A DNA stretch of 64,000 nucleotides from Myxococcales bacterium. GTDB taxonomy: Bacteria > Myxococcota_A > Polyangia > Polyangiales > DASUME01. The position numbers were made by a program, and so were the translations under genes. Below the pieces are notes generated by a model that was given only the letters and a program-made list of their open reading frames with translations, did no database searches and was not told the DNA's origin. Location: positions 5,344,001 to 5,408,000 of the forward strand of contig JASGJH010000001.1 in the NCBI GenBank assembly GCA_047601445.1, given 5' to 3'. Below are positions 43,468 through 53,232 of this stretch, piece by piece; the first letter of the stretch is position 1, and each line of letters opens with the position of its first letter.

Positions 43468-44937
43468 ATGGAGCAGGTTCTCGAGCCAGGTGCGGAGGTC
43501 GACGGTCGCTACGTCGTGCGCCGTCTACTCGGCTCGGGCGGCATGGGCGAGGTCTACGAAGCCCACGACTTGCTGCTGGGACGCCCGGTGGCGCTCAAGG
43601 TTCTGCCGCGGCGCGCGCAGCACGACGAGCGCGCGCGGGAGCGATTGCAACGCGAAGGGCGCTCTGCGGCCCGCATTCAACATCGGCATGTCGTGCGTGT
43701 GTACGAAGTGGGATCGGACGGTGAGTCGGACTACCTCGCGATGGAGCTCTTGCAGGGAGAAGACCTGCATACCCTGCTCGAAAGAATGGGTCTGCTCAGT
43801 GTGGACGCCGCCTTCGATCTCTTCGAGTCCCTCGCGGACGCACTGAACGCCATTCACTCTGCGGGGGTGGTGCATCGCGACCTCAAGCCTCGAAACGTGT
43901 TTCTGGCACGCGAGGGGGGCGCGGACGTCACGCTCAAGGTTCTCGACTTCGGCGTGGCCAAGAGTGGCGACGCGCGCGATCGCGGGATCACGCGGGCGGG
44001 CGAAGTGTTCGGGACCTTGAGCTACATGTCCCCGGAGCAGCTACGAGCCACGCGCGACGTGGATGCTCGCAGCGACCTGTGGTCTGCCGGAGCCATCCTC
44101 CATGAGGCGCTGACCGGCAAGCCGCCCTACCCGGCGAACAACATCGCGGAGCTCGCGCTCCAGTTCGTAGACGGGCCCTGCCTCCCCGTGAACGCGACAC
44201 GCAAGGACGTGCCCACCCGCCTGAGCGAACTCATCGCGTGCTGCCTCGATCTCGACGCAGCACGCCGGTTTCAGTCGGCCCACGAGCTGCAGATGGCGCT
44301 GTTCGACGCGCGCGCCGAGCACGAAAGCAAGCAGGCCCAGGAGGTGCGGCGCCTGCAGGACACGCCGGGCCCCCTCCGCGCTAGCGCGCCCGAGCCGATG
44401 TCTCGGCAGAAGCGCGCGCTCTACTTTCGGCGCGGGGCCCTCGCGGCCGGCTTGGTCCTCGCGTGCGTCGGCGCGCTCGGGGTCGCGTGGAATCCCTCGA
44501 GCGGGAGCGGGCCCGACGGTCCGACCCAAGATCTCGGGGCGCGCGCGAAGTCGGCCGCGAGCTCCCTCACCACGATGGTGGAGCCCGTGCAGCCCGCGCT
44601 CGCCCACCCCCTGAGCAAGGTGTCCCGCCCGCCGGTGGGTCCAGCGGCTCAGGTCGTCAACGGCCCACACCGACAGCAAGCTCCCGATCTGGCCTCGCCG
44701 TGGTCCCCCGTTCGCAAAGCTGGCTCACGCACGCGCCCCGAACCCGCCACCGACGCAGCGAGCCTGAGGCGCGACACGGCAGCCGGCAGCACCGCGGCCG
44801 CACGGACTGCAAACGGCGCGGGCACCGATGGGGCCGCCGCGACGCCGGCGACTTCCCCCACGCCTGGCAAAGGGCTCATCGGTGAGGTTGCACACATCGA
44901 GACCAGCGCTGGGGCCCTCATGGCCTCGGAGTTCTAA
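43468..44937 (+). CDS. Transmembrane Ser/Thr protein kinase
   Basis: LGSGGMGEVY, VALK, HRDLKPRN, DFG, GTLSYMSPE; TM GALAAGLVLACVGALGVAW; Pro/Ala-rich tail ending GALMASEF. Confidence 0.95.
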   Translation: MEQVLEPGAEVDGRYVVRRLLGSGGMGEVYEAHDLLLGRPVALKVLPRRAQHDERARERLQREGRSAARIQHRHVVRVYEVGSDGESDYLAMELLQGEDLHTLLERMGLLSVDAAFDLFESLADALNAIHSAGVVHRDLKPRNVFLAREGGADVTLKVLDFGVAKSGDARDRGITRAGEVFGTLSYMSPEQLRATRDVDARSDLWSAGAILHEALTGKPPYPANNIAELALQFVDGPCLPVNATRKDVPTRLSELIACCLDLDAARRFQSAHELQMALFDARAEHESKQAQEVRRLQDTPGPLRASAPEPMSRQKRALYFRRGALAAGLVLACVGALGVAWNPSSGSGPDGPTQDLGARAKSAASSLTTMVEPVQPALAHPLSKVSRPPVGPAAQVVNGPHRQQAPDLASPWSPVRKAGSRTRPEPATDAASLRRDTAAGSTAAARTANGAGTDGAAATPATSPTPGKGLIGEVAHIETSAGALMASEF

Positions 44938-44990
44938 GACGCCCTTTTTTCGTCTGACGATTCCCCCGAAGAGGCCGTTCTCCCCTATTG

Positions 44991-46106
44991 ATGGCTACTT
45001 CCTCTCGTGTCCCTCCTTCGCTACACGCGCTCGTCCAGCCCTTCGCGCCGGCGGGCGACGAGGTTCAGCCTCCTACCCTGAGCCTCCCCGAGGCCTGCGC
45101 AAAGCTCGGCGCCGAGCTCGGGTTGGGCCTCTTGCTGCTGCGGGAAGAATCGACCCGCGCCAGCGTGCTGCTGGCTTCGGGCACCGGGCCCGGGGGACAG
45201 GCGAGCGTCAGTGCGATCGGTCGGGCCCTCTCGGACCTCGAGCCGGAGAGCCTCCGTCAGCTCGCCTACGGTCGCCAGAGCACCGGCTCCATCGCCAGCT
45301 GGCTGCCCCGACTGTCTGCGTCGGCCCGGGCGCAAATCCGCTTGAGCCTCACCAACGTGGGCGCCCACGACGCCCTGTTCGTGCTGGCCTTCCCCGCGCG
45401 CGACTACGTGGCGGCGCTGCTCATCCCGGTGGATGCCAAGGGCCTGGACCCGCGCGTGCGCGAGTCGTTGCCGCGTCTACGCAGTAGCCTGGAGCGTGAG
45501 CTGCGCGAGAGCGTGCTCCCGAGGGAGCTGATCCGGGGCTGGGTGCGACCGAGCGGCGAGGACTTCGAGAACTCGTCGGGCGAGGCCCTTTCGCGGGCCG
45601 AGCTCTGGTGCGCGCTGGCCTCCGGCTGCGCCACCGTGACGCCTGTCAGACACCCGGACGAGGCCCGCCGCTACGCGGTGTTCGAGAACTCGCCGCTGGT
45701 GGCTCCCTCACGGGCGCTCACGGACACGGAGCGCTTCGTGATCGATCAGACCCTGGGCGGCGTGGCGGGCAAGTGCATCGCCTACGCGGCCGGGCTCACG
45801 GACTCACGCATCTCAGACTGCCTGGCCACGGCCGCTCGCAAGCTCGGGCTGACCACCCGCAGCGAGCTCTTGAGCCTGTGCGCAGGCCTGCGACTCGAGG
45901 AGCTGCCCAGCAAACCCAAGCCAGTGCTCACCGACGCCGAGCGTGAGGTCTGGCGCTTGCTCAAGGATGGACTCACCAACCAGGAGATCGCGACCCGCCG
46001 CAACACCGCGCTGCGCACGGTCGCCAATCAGGTGGCGAGCCTGCTCAAGAAGACCGGCGCGGCCAGCCGTCGCAGCTTGCTCGTGTCCTACGGCGCCGGC
46101 GCATGA
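44991..46106 (+). CDS. Tandem LuxR-type HTH regulator with N-terminal extension
   Basis: LTDTERFV...G.AGKCIAYAAGL and LTDAEREVWRLLKDGLTNQEIATRRNTALRTVANQV. Confidence 0.8.
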   Translation: MATSSRVPPSLHALVQPFAPAGDEVQPPTLSLPEACAKLGAELGLGLLLLREESTRASVLLASGTGPGGQASVSAIGRALSDLEPESLRQLAYGRQSTGSIASWLPRLSASARAQIRLSLTNVGAHDALFVLAFPARDYVAALLIPVDAKGLDPRVRESLPRLRSSLERELRESVLPRELIRGWVRPSGEDFENSSGEALSRAELWCALASGCATVTPVRHPDEARRYAVFENSPLVAPSRALTDTERFVIDQTLGGVAGKCIAYAAGLTDSRISDCLATAARKLGLTTRSELLSLCAGLRLEELPSKPKPVLTDAEREVWRLLKDGLTNQEIATRRNTALRTVANQVASLLKKTGAASRRSLLVSYGAGA

Positions 46107-47293
46107 GCAGTGCCCAAGTCTTCGGATCCGCGGTAGCGCCCAACGACTATGTGTCCGTGCTCGAGGCCTGTTACGCGCATGCTTCGTCCCATCAAGCCTG
46201 GGCCCAGTCCGTGTTGCAGGCGCTGCAGGGCGCAACGGGCTCACGCGTTCCCCTCGGCCTGGTGGTGGTGCACGAACGGGCACAGGGCGCGAATGTGGAG
46301 CTGGCCGAGTTCGTGAACCTGGGACCACCCCCCGGCCTCACGCCGTGCGCGCCACTCGACGCCGCTCAGCTCGGCTTCCTGCAAGCGAGCTCGGGAGCGC
46401 TGGTGCCGAGCAGTCAGTTCGCGCGCCACATGCCGCCGAGCTGGGCCGCCTGGACCAAGCAGAACATCAGGGAGCACGGGCTCGACGAGCTGTGGTTCGC
46501 GCTGGCGCATCCGAGTACGGAGCTGTGCCTGCTGCTGATCTTCGGAGTGCTCGATCCCGGGACCTTCGTACGCCGTCAGCGCGATGCCTTCGAACGGGTA
46601 GCGATTCACGTGGAGAGCATGCTCCGGCTGCGCTTCGCGGATCACGAGCGCCCGGCGGCCCTGGTGCGCCTCGACGGCCATGTGGAGCGGGTGGAGCAGA
46701 CTGCCTTCGGGCGGCCCCGCGCCGACGTGCTGGTGCGTGGCATGCACAGCATCGAGCGCGCCAAGCGTGAGCGCGAGCTGGGTCACGGCGAGCGCGCCCT
46801 GCGCGCGTGGCCGGCGTTGGTGGAGGGCAACTGGAGCCTGGTGGAGCGCACCGACGGGCGGGGACAGCGGGCCTATTGGGCTCTCTTGAACCCACCGGTG
46901 GCGCGCGCAAAGTGCCCGCTGGGTGAGCGCGAAGCGGGCATCCTGGAGCTGAGCGCGCGCGGCTTCGCCAATACCCACGTGGCCTACGCGCTGGGCCTAT
47001 CGCCGAGCTACGTCTCGAGCGTGCTGTCGGTGGCCGCCGCCCGCCTGGGCTACAAGGGCCGGGCCGACCTGTTGCGCGCGGTGGCAGCGTCCCCGGAGTC
47101 GTCGCGGGCCTACAGTGCGAGCGATCTCACGACGGCCGAGCGCAAGGTGCTGGAGTTGGTCCAGCAAGGGCTCTCGAACCTACAGATCGCCAATGCCCGC
47201 GGCACCGCCGAGCGCACGGTGGCCAACCAGGTGGCTGCGCTCATGAAGAAGACCGGCGCCAACTCTCGACGCTCCCTGATCGTGATGCGTTAG
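46103..47293 (+). CDS. Tandem LuxR-type HTH regulator with GAF-like N-terminal region
   Basis: LGEREAGILELSARGFANTHVAYALGL and LTTAERKVLELVQQGLSNLQIANARGTAERTVANQV; ATGA overlap with the previous gene. Confidence 0.82.
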   Translation: MSSAQVFGSAVAPNDYVSVLEACYAHASSHQAWAQSVLQALQGATGSRVPLGLVVVHERAQGANVELAEFVNLGPPPGLTPCAPLDAAQLGFLQASSGALVPSSQFARHMPPSWAAWTKQNIREHGLDELWFALAHPSTELCLLLIFGVLDPGTFVRRQRDAFERVAIHVESMLRLRFADHERPAALVRLDGHVERVEQTAFGRPRADVLVRGMHSIERAKRERELGHGERALRAWPALVEGNWSLVERTDGRGQRAYWALLNPPVARAKCPLGEREAGILELSARGFANTHVAYALGLSPSYVSSVLSVAAARLGYKGRADLLRAVAASPESSRAYSASDLTTAERKVLELVQQGLSNLQIANARGTAERTVANQVAALMKKTGANSRRSLIVMR

Positions 47294-48500
47294 GCGGCCA
47301 AATCGTCGCGAGCGCGCGCAGCACGTTGCCGGCGCAGATCTGCTCCGCCGGGGCGCGCCCGTAGCGACGCTCCAGGCGCAGGGCGAGGTCGCGCAGCCGC
47401 CCGGGATGCTCGAAGCCCTCGAGGGGCCTGCCCCAGCCACCGAAGTCGCTGCCGATGGCCACCGCGTCGAAGCTGCCGGTGACCGCCCGAATGTGGTCGA
47501 CGTGCCGGCAGAAGAGCGCGAAGGAGTGCTCGGCTCCCGCTTCGCGGTCGTGGGCACGGGCGCGTGGAGCCCCGTCCCTGAGGTATGCGTCGCACAGGAT
47601 CACCCCCAACACGCCCCCACGCGCATGGATGGCGCGGATCCAGGGGTCGGTCAGGTTGTAGTCGCGGCTGCCGAGTCGACACGCCACGTGCGAAGCGATG
47701 AGCGGCATGCGGCGGCGCGGGTCGAGCGTGTCCAGCAGCTCCACGGTGTCGGCCAAGGAGCGCTCGGACATGTGGCTCACGTCGATCAAGATGCCGGCTT
47801 CGAACAGCGCCTTCACCGCGGCGCGGCCCAGATCCGAGAGGCCCCGTGCCGGTTGCGCATGCAGGCGATGAAACGCCGCGTCGGGCAGCCACGGCATGCC
47901 CGCGTTATTGGTGGCGATCTGGCGGTGGAGCAAGTGCGCCAGGGTCACGTATGCCACCCCCCGATTGCGCAGCAGATCGACGTTGCGCTTGATGCTCCGC
48001 AGCGTGCCGCCCAGATGGAAGCCGCCCTCCACGCAATGCACGAGCGCGAGCTTGTGCTGCTCGCGCGCGCTGCCCAGGTCCGCGTGGTCCCGCGCCACGA
48101 CCGCCACGGGCGCATGAACGTCTACTGCGCGCTCGACCTGCTCGAGCTGCTCGAGGAGATGTCGCAGCGCGTCGGGCTGGGGAGGACTCTGCGAGAGGCC
48201 GGCTGCGAATTCGTCGGCCCCCGAGTAGAGCACCGAGAACGCCACGCTGACCCCCGCCTCGCGGTACTGCGCAAGACTCACATTGGCGCGCGTTCCCGCA
48301 TCCTGAAGCGCGCGTTGCGCCCAACGCCAGGCCTCGAACCGCGCCACGCTGGCGAGCTGACGGACCATGTGATGGGAGCTCGTGGGCACCCGACGCGTGA
48401 GCTCGAGCTGCATGGGGTAGTGCGAATGCAGATCCACCACGGGCAACACGGCGCCGCGATCGACGGGATCCTCGTCCGAACCACGTTGGGCGTGTGACAT
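47241..48500 (-). CDS. Membrane dipeptidase (peptidase M19 family)
   Basis: VVDLHSH, HCVEGG, YVTLAH, GLSDLGR.AV, LIDVSHMS, ASH, RDYNLTD, AIGSDF, GN.LR. Confidence 0.85.
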   Translation of the reverse strand: MSHAQRGSDEDPVDRGAVLPVVDLHSHYPMQLELTRRVPTSSHHMVRQLASVARFEAWRWAQRALQDAGTRANVSLAQYREAGVSVAFSVLYSGADEFAAGLSQSPPQPDALRHLLEQLEQVERAVDVHAPVAVVARDHADLGSAREQHKLALVHCVEGGFHLGGTLRSIKRNVDLLRNRGVAYVTLAHLLHRQIATNNAGMPWLPDAAFHRLHAQPARGLSDLGRAAVKALFEAGILIDVSHMSERSLADTVELLDTLDPRRRMPLIASHVACRLGSRDYNLTDPWIRAIHARGGVLGVILCDAYLRDGAPRARAHDREAGAEHSFALFCRHVDHIRAVTGSFDAVAIGSDFGGWGRPLEGFEHPGRLRDLALRLERRYGRAPAEQICAGNVLRALATIWPPNASRSGSVESWRRSSS

Positions 48501-48608
48501 GGCAGGCCTGGTCAGAGTCTCAACGCTATCGAAAATCGTCCGCTCGGACCATGGTTAGTTCTTCCCAGACCATGCGTTAACTCCTAACTACGGCCATGGC
48601 GTGCACAC

Positions 48609-49101
48609 TCATCCCATCTCGTAAACGCCGTGCTCTTGGTGCCATTCGGCCAATGAGAAGTCGGGGTACACGTCGAAGTCGACGTCATGCTCGCTGCCCT
48701 CTACCTCCACCCAGGAGGCCTTCGAACCGAGCATCATGTGTACGTGTTCATGGGGCATCGGCAGCGGTGTATCGATGGCCGAGGCGAGCGGGTGAACGAG
48801 CTCTGACCAGGCCGGATGGAACCCCCACAAATGGCTGCCGCAGCGTCCGCAGAAATGCCGCTGGTGCTCGCTCTGCACGAGCTTGCCCGAGGCATCCCGC
48901 AAGAGGGCGCGATAGATCTTCACGTGCTCCTCGCCCTGGATCTTCAGCGTGCTGGCTTCACCCGAGAGATTGATGGCATAGCCACCTCCGCCCGCCGTCT
49001 TGCGACAGAATCGAGCAATAACAGCGTAGAAAGGGGTACGGAGCGCGGCTCTCCAAGGAGAAGCGCACGGCGCCGCAACTGCATGATCCTTCCATGTGCA
49101 T
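48609..49101 (-). CDS. GFA (glutathione-dependent formaldehyde-activating/CENP-V) family protein, split by a +1 frameshift at ~49009
   Basis: MEGSCSCGAVRF...RCYCS|ICRKTAGGGG...RHFCGRCGSHLW; removing one base restores CxCxxC. Confidence 0.88.
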
Positions 49102-49221
49102 GGCCGGTAGGTAGGCACGTTCGACCCTGCGCCACGGTTCCAGTGAGGCGAGGCACGACGCCGCGTTTGGCACCGGTTGCTACCCAGCCAGCGGCGTCCA
49201 CTTGAGGTGGCTGGAGGAAGC

Positions 49222-49704
49222 ATGGCGATTTACCTGCTCGCGCTCGCCATCGGCGTGGTGGCTGGCATGAGAGCACTGCTAGCCCCGGCCGCGGTGAGCT
49301 GGGCTGCGCACCTGGGTTGGTTGGATCTCCACGACAGCTGGGCGGGCTTCATCGGCAATCGCTGGGTCGCCTATGTCCTTGGCGTGATGGCGGTGGGAGA
49401 GCTGATCACCGACCAGCTACCCAAGACTCCAGCCCGCGTCGTGCCCGTGCAGTTCGCTGCTCGCATCATCAACGGGACCTTCTGTGGAGCCGTCGTGGGG
49501 ACGGCAGCCACGGCCTTCATGCCGATCGGCGGCGCGCTGATGGGTGCACTCGGAGCGGTGCTCGGCACGCGCGGCGGCTACGCCTTTCGCCAGCACTTCG
49601 CGGATCTCCATGGCGGGATCGATCGTCCAGGAGCCTTCTTCGAGGACGCCGTGGCCATCCTGGGAGCCTTGACGATCATGCGCGCGGTGGGGGGCCTCGA
49701 ATGA
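49222..49704 (+). CDS. DUF4126-like membrane protein
   Basis: IGVVAGMRALLAPAAVSW...GELITDQLPKTPAR...ARI..G...EDAVAI; ATGA overlap with the next gene. Confidence 0.75.
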   Translation: MAIYLLALAIGVVAGMRALLAPAAVSWAAHLGWLDLHDSWAGFIGNRWVAYVLGVMAVGELITDQLPKTPARVVPVQFAARIINGTFCGAVVGTAATAFMPIGGALMGALGAVLGTRGGYAFRQHFADLHGGIDRPGAFFEDAVAILGALTIMRAVGGLE

Positions 49705-51074
49705 CACGCCGCTTCGACGCCATCGTGATCGGAGCGGGCCAAGCCGGACCACCTCTGGTGGGGCGACTGAGCCAGGCGGGCATGACGGTCGCGTTGATCG
49801 AGCGCGCGCTCGTGGGCGGCACCTGCGTGAACACGGGTTGCATGCCCACCAAGGCGATGGTGGCGAGCGCCTACGCGGCCCACCTGGCGCGTCGCGCACG
49901 CGACTTCGGCGTGGTGCTCGAAGGCCCGGTGGGCGTGGATTTTCCGCGCGTGATGGCCCGCAAGGAGGGCGTCTCCCGCAACGCGCGTAGCTCGCTCGAG
50001 CGTTGGCTGGCGGGACTCTCGGGGTGCACCTTGCTGCGCGGACACGCGCGCTTCGTCTCCGCCCACGAGGTGCGTGTCAACGACGAGGTGATCGGCGCCG
50101 ATCGAATCTTCCTGAACGTGGGGGCGCGCGCTTTCGTCCCCGACATGCCTGGCGTCGACCGAGTGCCCTACCTGACGAATACATCCTTGCTCAAGCTGGA
50201 GCAGCTCCCACGCCACCTGGTGGTGGTGGGCGGCAGTTACGTGGGCCTCGAGTTCGCGCAGATGTTTCGGCGCTTCGGCAGTGAGGTCACCGTCGTGGAG
50301 CGTGGCGAGCGACTGATCCAGCACGAGGACCCGGACGTGTCCGACTGCGTGAAGTTCATCCTCGAGAACGAAGGCATCCGGCTTCGACTCGGGGCCACCT
50401 GTCTGCGACTCGAGTCACGGGGAAAGCAGGACGTCTGGGTAGGAGTGCAGTGCGCGGAAGGCGAACCCGGCGTACTGGGCTCCCATGTGCTGCTGGCGGT
50501 CGGCAGGCGACCCAACACCGACGACCTCGGCCTCGAGAAGGCCGGCGTAGAGCGCGATGCCAAGGGCTACGTGAAGGTGGATGACACGCTGCGCACCAGT
50601 GCGAGCAACATTTGGGCGCTCGGTGATTGCAATGGCAAGGGCGCGTTCACGCATACCTCCTACAACGACTTCGAGATCCTGGCGGCCAACTTGCTCGACG
50701 GCGGGCAGCGCAAGGTCAGCGATCGCATCCCAGCCCACGCGCTCTACATCGACCCACCACTCGGCCGAGCAGGCATGAGCGAGAGCGAGGCCCGCAAGAC
50801 CGGCAAACACATCCGCGTAGGCATACGCCCCATGACCCGCGTCGGCCGCGCCATCGAGAAGGGCGAGACCCAGGGCTTCATGAAGATGGTGGTCGACGCC
50901 GACAGCGAGCAGATACTGGGGGCCGCCATCCTCGGACCGGGCGGTGACGAAGCCATCCACTCCGTCCTCGACACCATGATCGCGCGAGCGCCTTACTCCG
51001 TGCTGAAACAGGCCATGCACATTCATCCCACGGTTTCTGAGCTCGTTCCTACTGTGCTTGGGGAGGTTGAGTAG
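49701..51074 (+). CDS. Pyridine nucleotide-disulfide oxidoreductase (RclA/MerA-like, not MerA)
   Basis: IGAGQAG, GGTCVNTGCMPTK, GGSYVGLE, GRRPN, GDCN, HIHPTVSE; no C-terminal Cys-Cys. Confidence 0.9.
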   Translation: MTRRFDAIVIGAGQAGPPLVGRLSQAGMTVALIERALVGGTCVNTGCMPTKAMVASAYAAHLARRARDFGVVLEGPVGVDFPRVMARKEGVSRNARSSLERWLAGLSGCTLLRGHARFVSAHEVRVNDEVIGADRIFLNVGARAFVPDMPGVDRVPYLTNTSLLKLEQLPRHLVVVGGSYVGLEFAQMFRRFGSEVTVVERGERLIQHEDPDVSDCVKFILENEGIRLRLGATCLRLESRGKQDVWVGVQCAEGEPGVLGSHVLLAVGRRPNTDDLGLEKAGVERDAKGYVKVDDTLRTSASNIWALGDCNGKGAFTHTSYNDFEILAANLLDGGQRKVSDRIPAHALYIDPPLGRAGMSESEARKTGKHIRVGIRPMTRVGRAIEKGETQGFMKMVVDADSEQILGAAILGPGGDEAIHSVLDTMIARAPYSVLKQAMHIHPTVSELVPTVLGEVE

Positions 51075-51081
51075 GGGAGTC

Positions 51082-51270
51082 TGCGAGCGGCCATCGGCCA
51101 TCGGCCATCGGCCATCGGCCATCCGCCATCGGCCATCCGCCATCGGCCATCGGCCATCCGCCATCGGCCATCCGCCATCGGCCATCCGCCATCGGCCATC
51201 GGCCATCGGCCATCGGCCATCCGCCATCGGCCATCGGCTATCTGCCATCGGCCATCGGCCATCGGCCATC
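51082..51270 (+). repeat. Heptamer tandem array (GGCCATC/CGCCATC) x26, preceded by one TGCGAGC unit
   Basis: Direct reading; 51089-51270 = 182 bp in unbroken 7-nt phase. Confidence 0.97.
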
Positions 51271-51424
51271 GGCGGTCAGCGGTGAGCGGTCGGCAGTCAG
51301 CGGTCAGCGGCGAGCGTGCGGCAGTCAGCGGTCAGCGGCGAGCGTGCGGCAGTCAGCGGTCAGCGGTCAGCGGTGAGCGTTCGGCAGTCAGCGTTCGGCA
51401 GTCAGTGTTCGGCAGCCCGCGGTC
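51271..51424 (+). repeat. Second heptamer array (AGCGGTC/GGCAGTC variants) x22
   Basis: Direct reading; continues the same 7-nt phase with a different unit. Confidence 0.92.
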
Positions 51425-51444
51425 AGACACCCGCCGCTTGCTGC

Positions 51445-51753
51445 GAGGGTGCAGGAATTCCGTGCAACTTGCGTTCAGGCGGCTAGACGTCCTTCGAAGA
51501 CAAAGTCGAGATGCGCTACTGCGGAACTCCATTCTTTGGGTGCTTTCCAGCGCTCCTCGGCGTTCTGGATGGCCAGGAAGAACAGCTTGACGACGGCGGC
51601 GTCGTTTGGGAAGGCCCGCGATTGCGCGTTACCTTGCGCAGCTGGGAGTTCAGGGACTCGATTCGCTTCGAGTTCGACCAACGTCTCGGCCGCCGAGGCC
51701 TCGTTCTCGGCCGTGTAGAGCGGTGGTCCCGTCCACAAAATTCCTGACACCAC
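51445..51753 (-). mobile_element. IS256-family remnant (internally deleted mini-element)
   Basis: IESLNSQLRKVTRNRG|FPNDAAVVKLFFLAIQNAEERWK..KEW..A = IS256 transposase C-terminus across a frameshift; imperfect terminal IRs GAGGGTGCAGGAATTCCGTG / GTGGTGTCAGGAATTTTGTG. Confidence 0.8.
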
Positions 51754-51784
51754 CCGCAAGCCGCAGCCGGCAAGCGGCGGGTGG

Positions 51785-53227
51785 TGTGCAACCGGAGACG
51801 TCGGTAACCAGAGGTGCCAGAGGCCGTCGTCGAGGGGCTCCAGGCCGACGCATTCGCGCTGCAGGACCGTGCGAGGGTGATGGTCTGGTCGCGCATGGAG
51901 ATGTTGCCGTTGGCTTTCACGCGGCGGGTTTCAAACTGGGGCGGTACTCGGGGTCTCCCGCATGCTCGTCGTAAGGGCGGGGGCTACGGGCATGCCTGGA
52001 AGCTGGCGTCTGCATGCCGAGAGCCTCGTGAGGGCGTTCGTGGTTGAACTCCTGACGCCAGGCCGCGAGCGCCAGCTTTTGAGCTTCCCAGTCGCTTCTG
52101 GGCGGTGAAACCGTCTCGGCTTTGAGGGTGCGGTGCATCCTCTCGTGCCGGCCGTTCTGCTGCGGGCAACCAGGCTCGATCCGCTCCGGAAGGATCCCGC
52201 GCTTGATCCACCACACCGATAGCTGTGACATCCCCCCGATGCCCGTGGAGGCAAAGGGGCGGCCGTTGTCGCTCCGCATCCGCAGTGGCAACCCAAACTC
52301 CCGGAACGCGCTCTCGAACACCGCCTTGGAAGTTTCGAAACGCTCGGCCTCGAGTGGCTCGCTACGAAGCACAAATCGACTGCACGCATCCGTGATGGTG
52401 AGGGGATGGCAATACTTGCGGTCGACCCTGAACTTGCCTTTGAAATCGCTGCACCAAACCACGTTGGGCGCCGTCGCGGCGGCTAAGGGGAACGATGATT
52501 GAGGAGTCCGGTTTCGCGGCCGCCGCTGCTTCACGAGGCCCTCGCGCTTCAGCAAGGCCGACATCGTGCTGGAAGCGGGCAGGACGAGCTCCGGGTTGTC
52601 GCGCCTGAGCAGCGCGTGGAGCTTCTTCGGCCCCCATGTCGGGTGCGCCACTCTCGCCGTGATGATGAGGCCTCGAATTTCCGCGGGCGTAAGTCGGCTC
52701 AGCACGTGGGGCCGACTTGAGCGGTCGACGAGGTTCGTCACGTCGCCGTCGAGAAACCGCTGCTCCCATTTGTACCCCGTTTTGCGGGATATCCCGAACT
52801 CGCGGCAGAGCTCGGACATGGGTTGGTCACCACGTAGTCGTGCGCGTACGAAGGCTTCTCGCTGGTCCACAGTACTTTGCTCTTTCCACGACATCGCCGG
52901 AGCGTGCCGCTTTGCGAGCCAAGCCCTTGGTTCCTCCCGCGTTGTCACCCCGCTGCTGCAACCCGTTTCCCAGGCCTCCGAGTTTCGGAGACGAGCTGGT
53001 TGGGCTCAGCGACGACCTCTCAGCGCCTTGGCGACCAGGTGCCCAGGGCTGGCGACCAGGTCTCAAGGAGTACGGGAGTGACGTCTTGAGAGGTGTCGAC
53101 AACCTCTTCGGAGCCCGCTCACCGGGTCCGAAGAGTGGCGACAACCTCGCGCGATCGTGGGGACGGCGCGGCAGGACTGTTACCAAGGTCTCGAGATAAT
53201 CTGCAACCAACGTATCAGGGTCGTACC
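51785..53227 (-). mobile_element. IS481-family insertion sequence, decayed
   Basis: End TGTGCAACCGGAGACGTCGGTAAC at 51785 and related inverted end at 53203-53227 flank the transposase gene. Confidence 0.8.
51810..52894 (-). pseudogene. IS481 transposase with two 1-nt deletions near the 3' end and a truncated C-terminus
   Basis: MSWKE, LCREFGISRKTGYKW, PTWGPKK, W.SDFKG, RSDNG.PF, PQQNGRHERMH; downstream frames give EYP.QFETRRVKANGNI and VGLEPLDDGLWHLW. Confidence 0.85.
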
Positions 53228-53232
53228 TGGCA

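Noticed and set aside
49701..51074. merA call
   Set aside because: No C-terminal Cys-Cys pair, no NmerA domain and no mer operon
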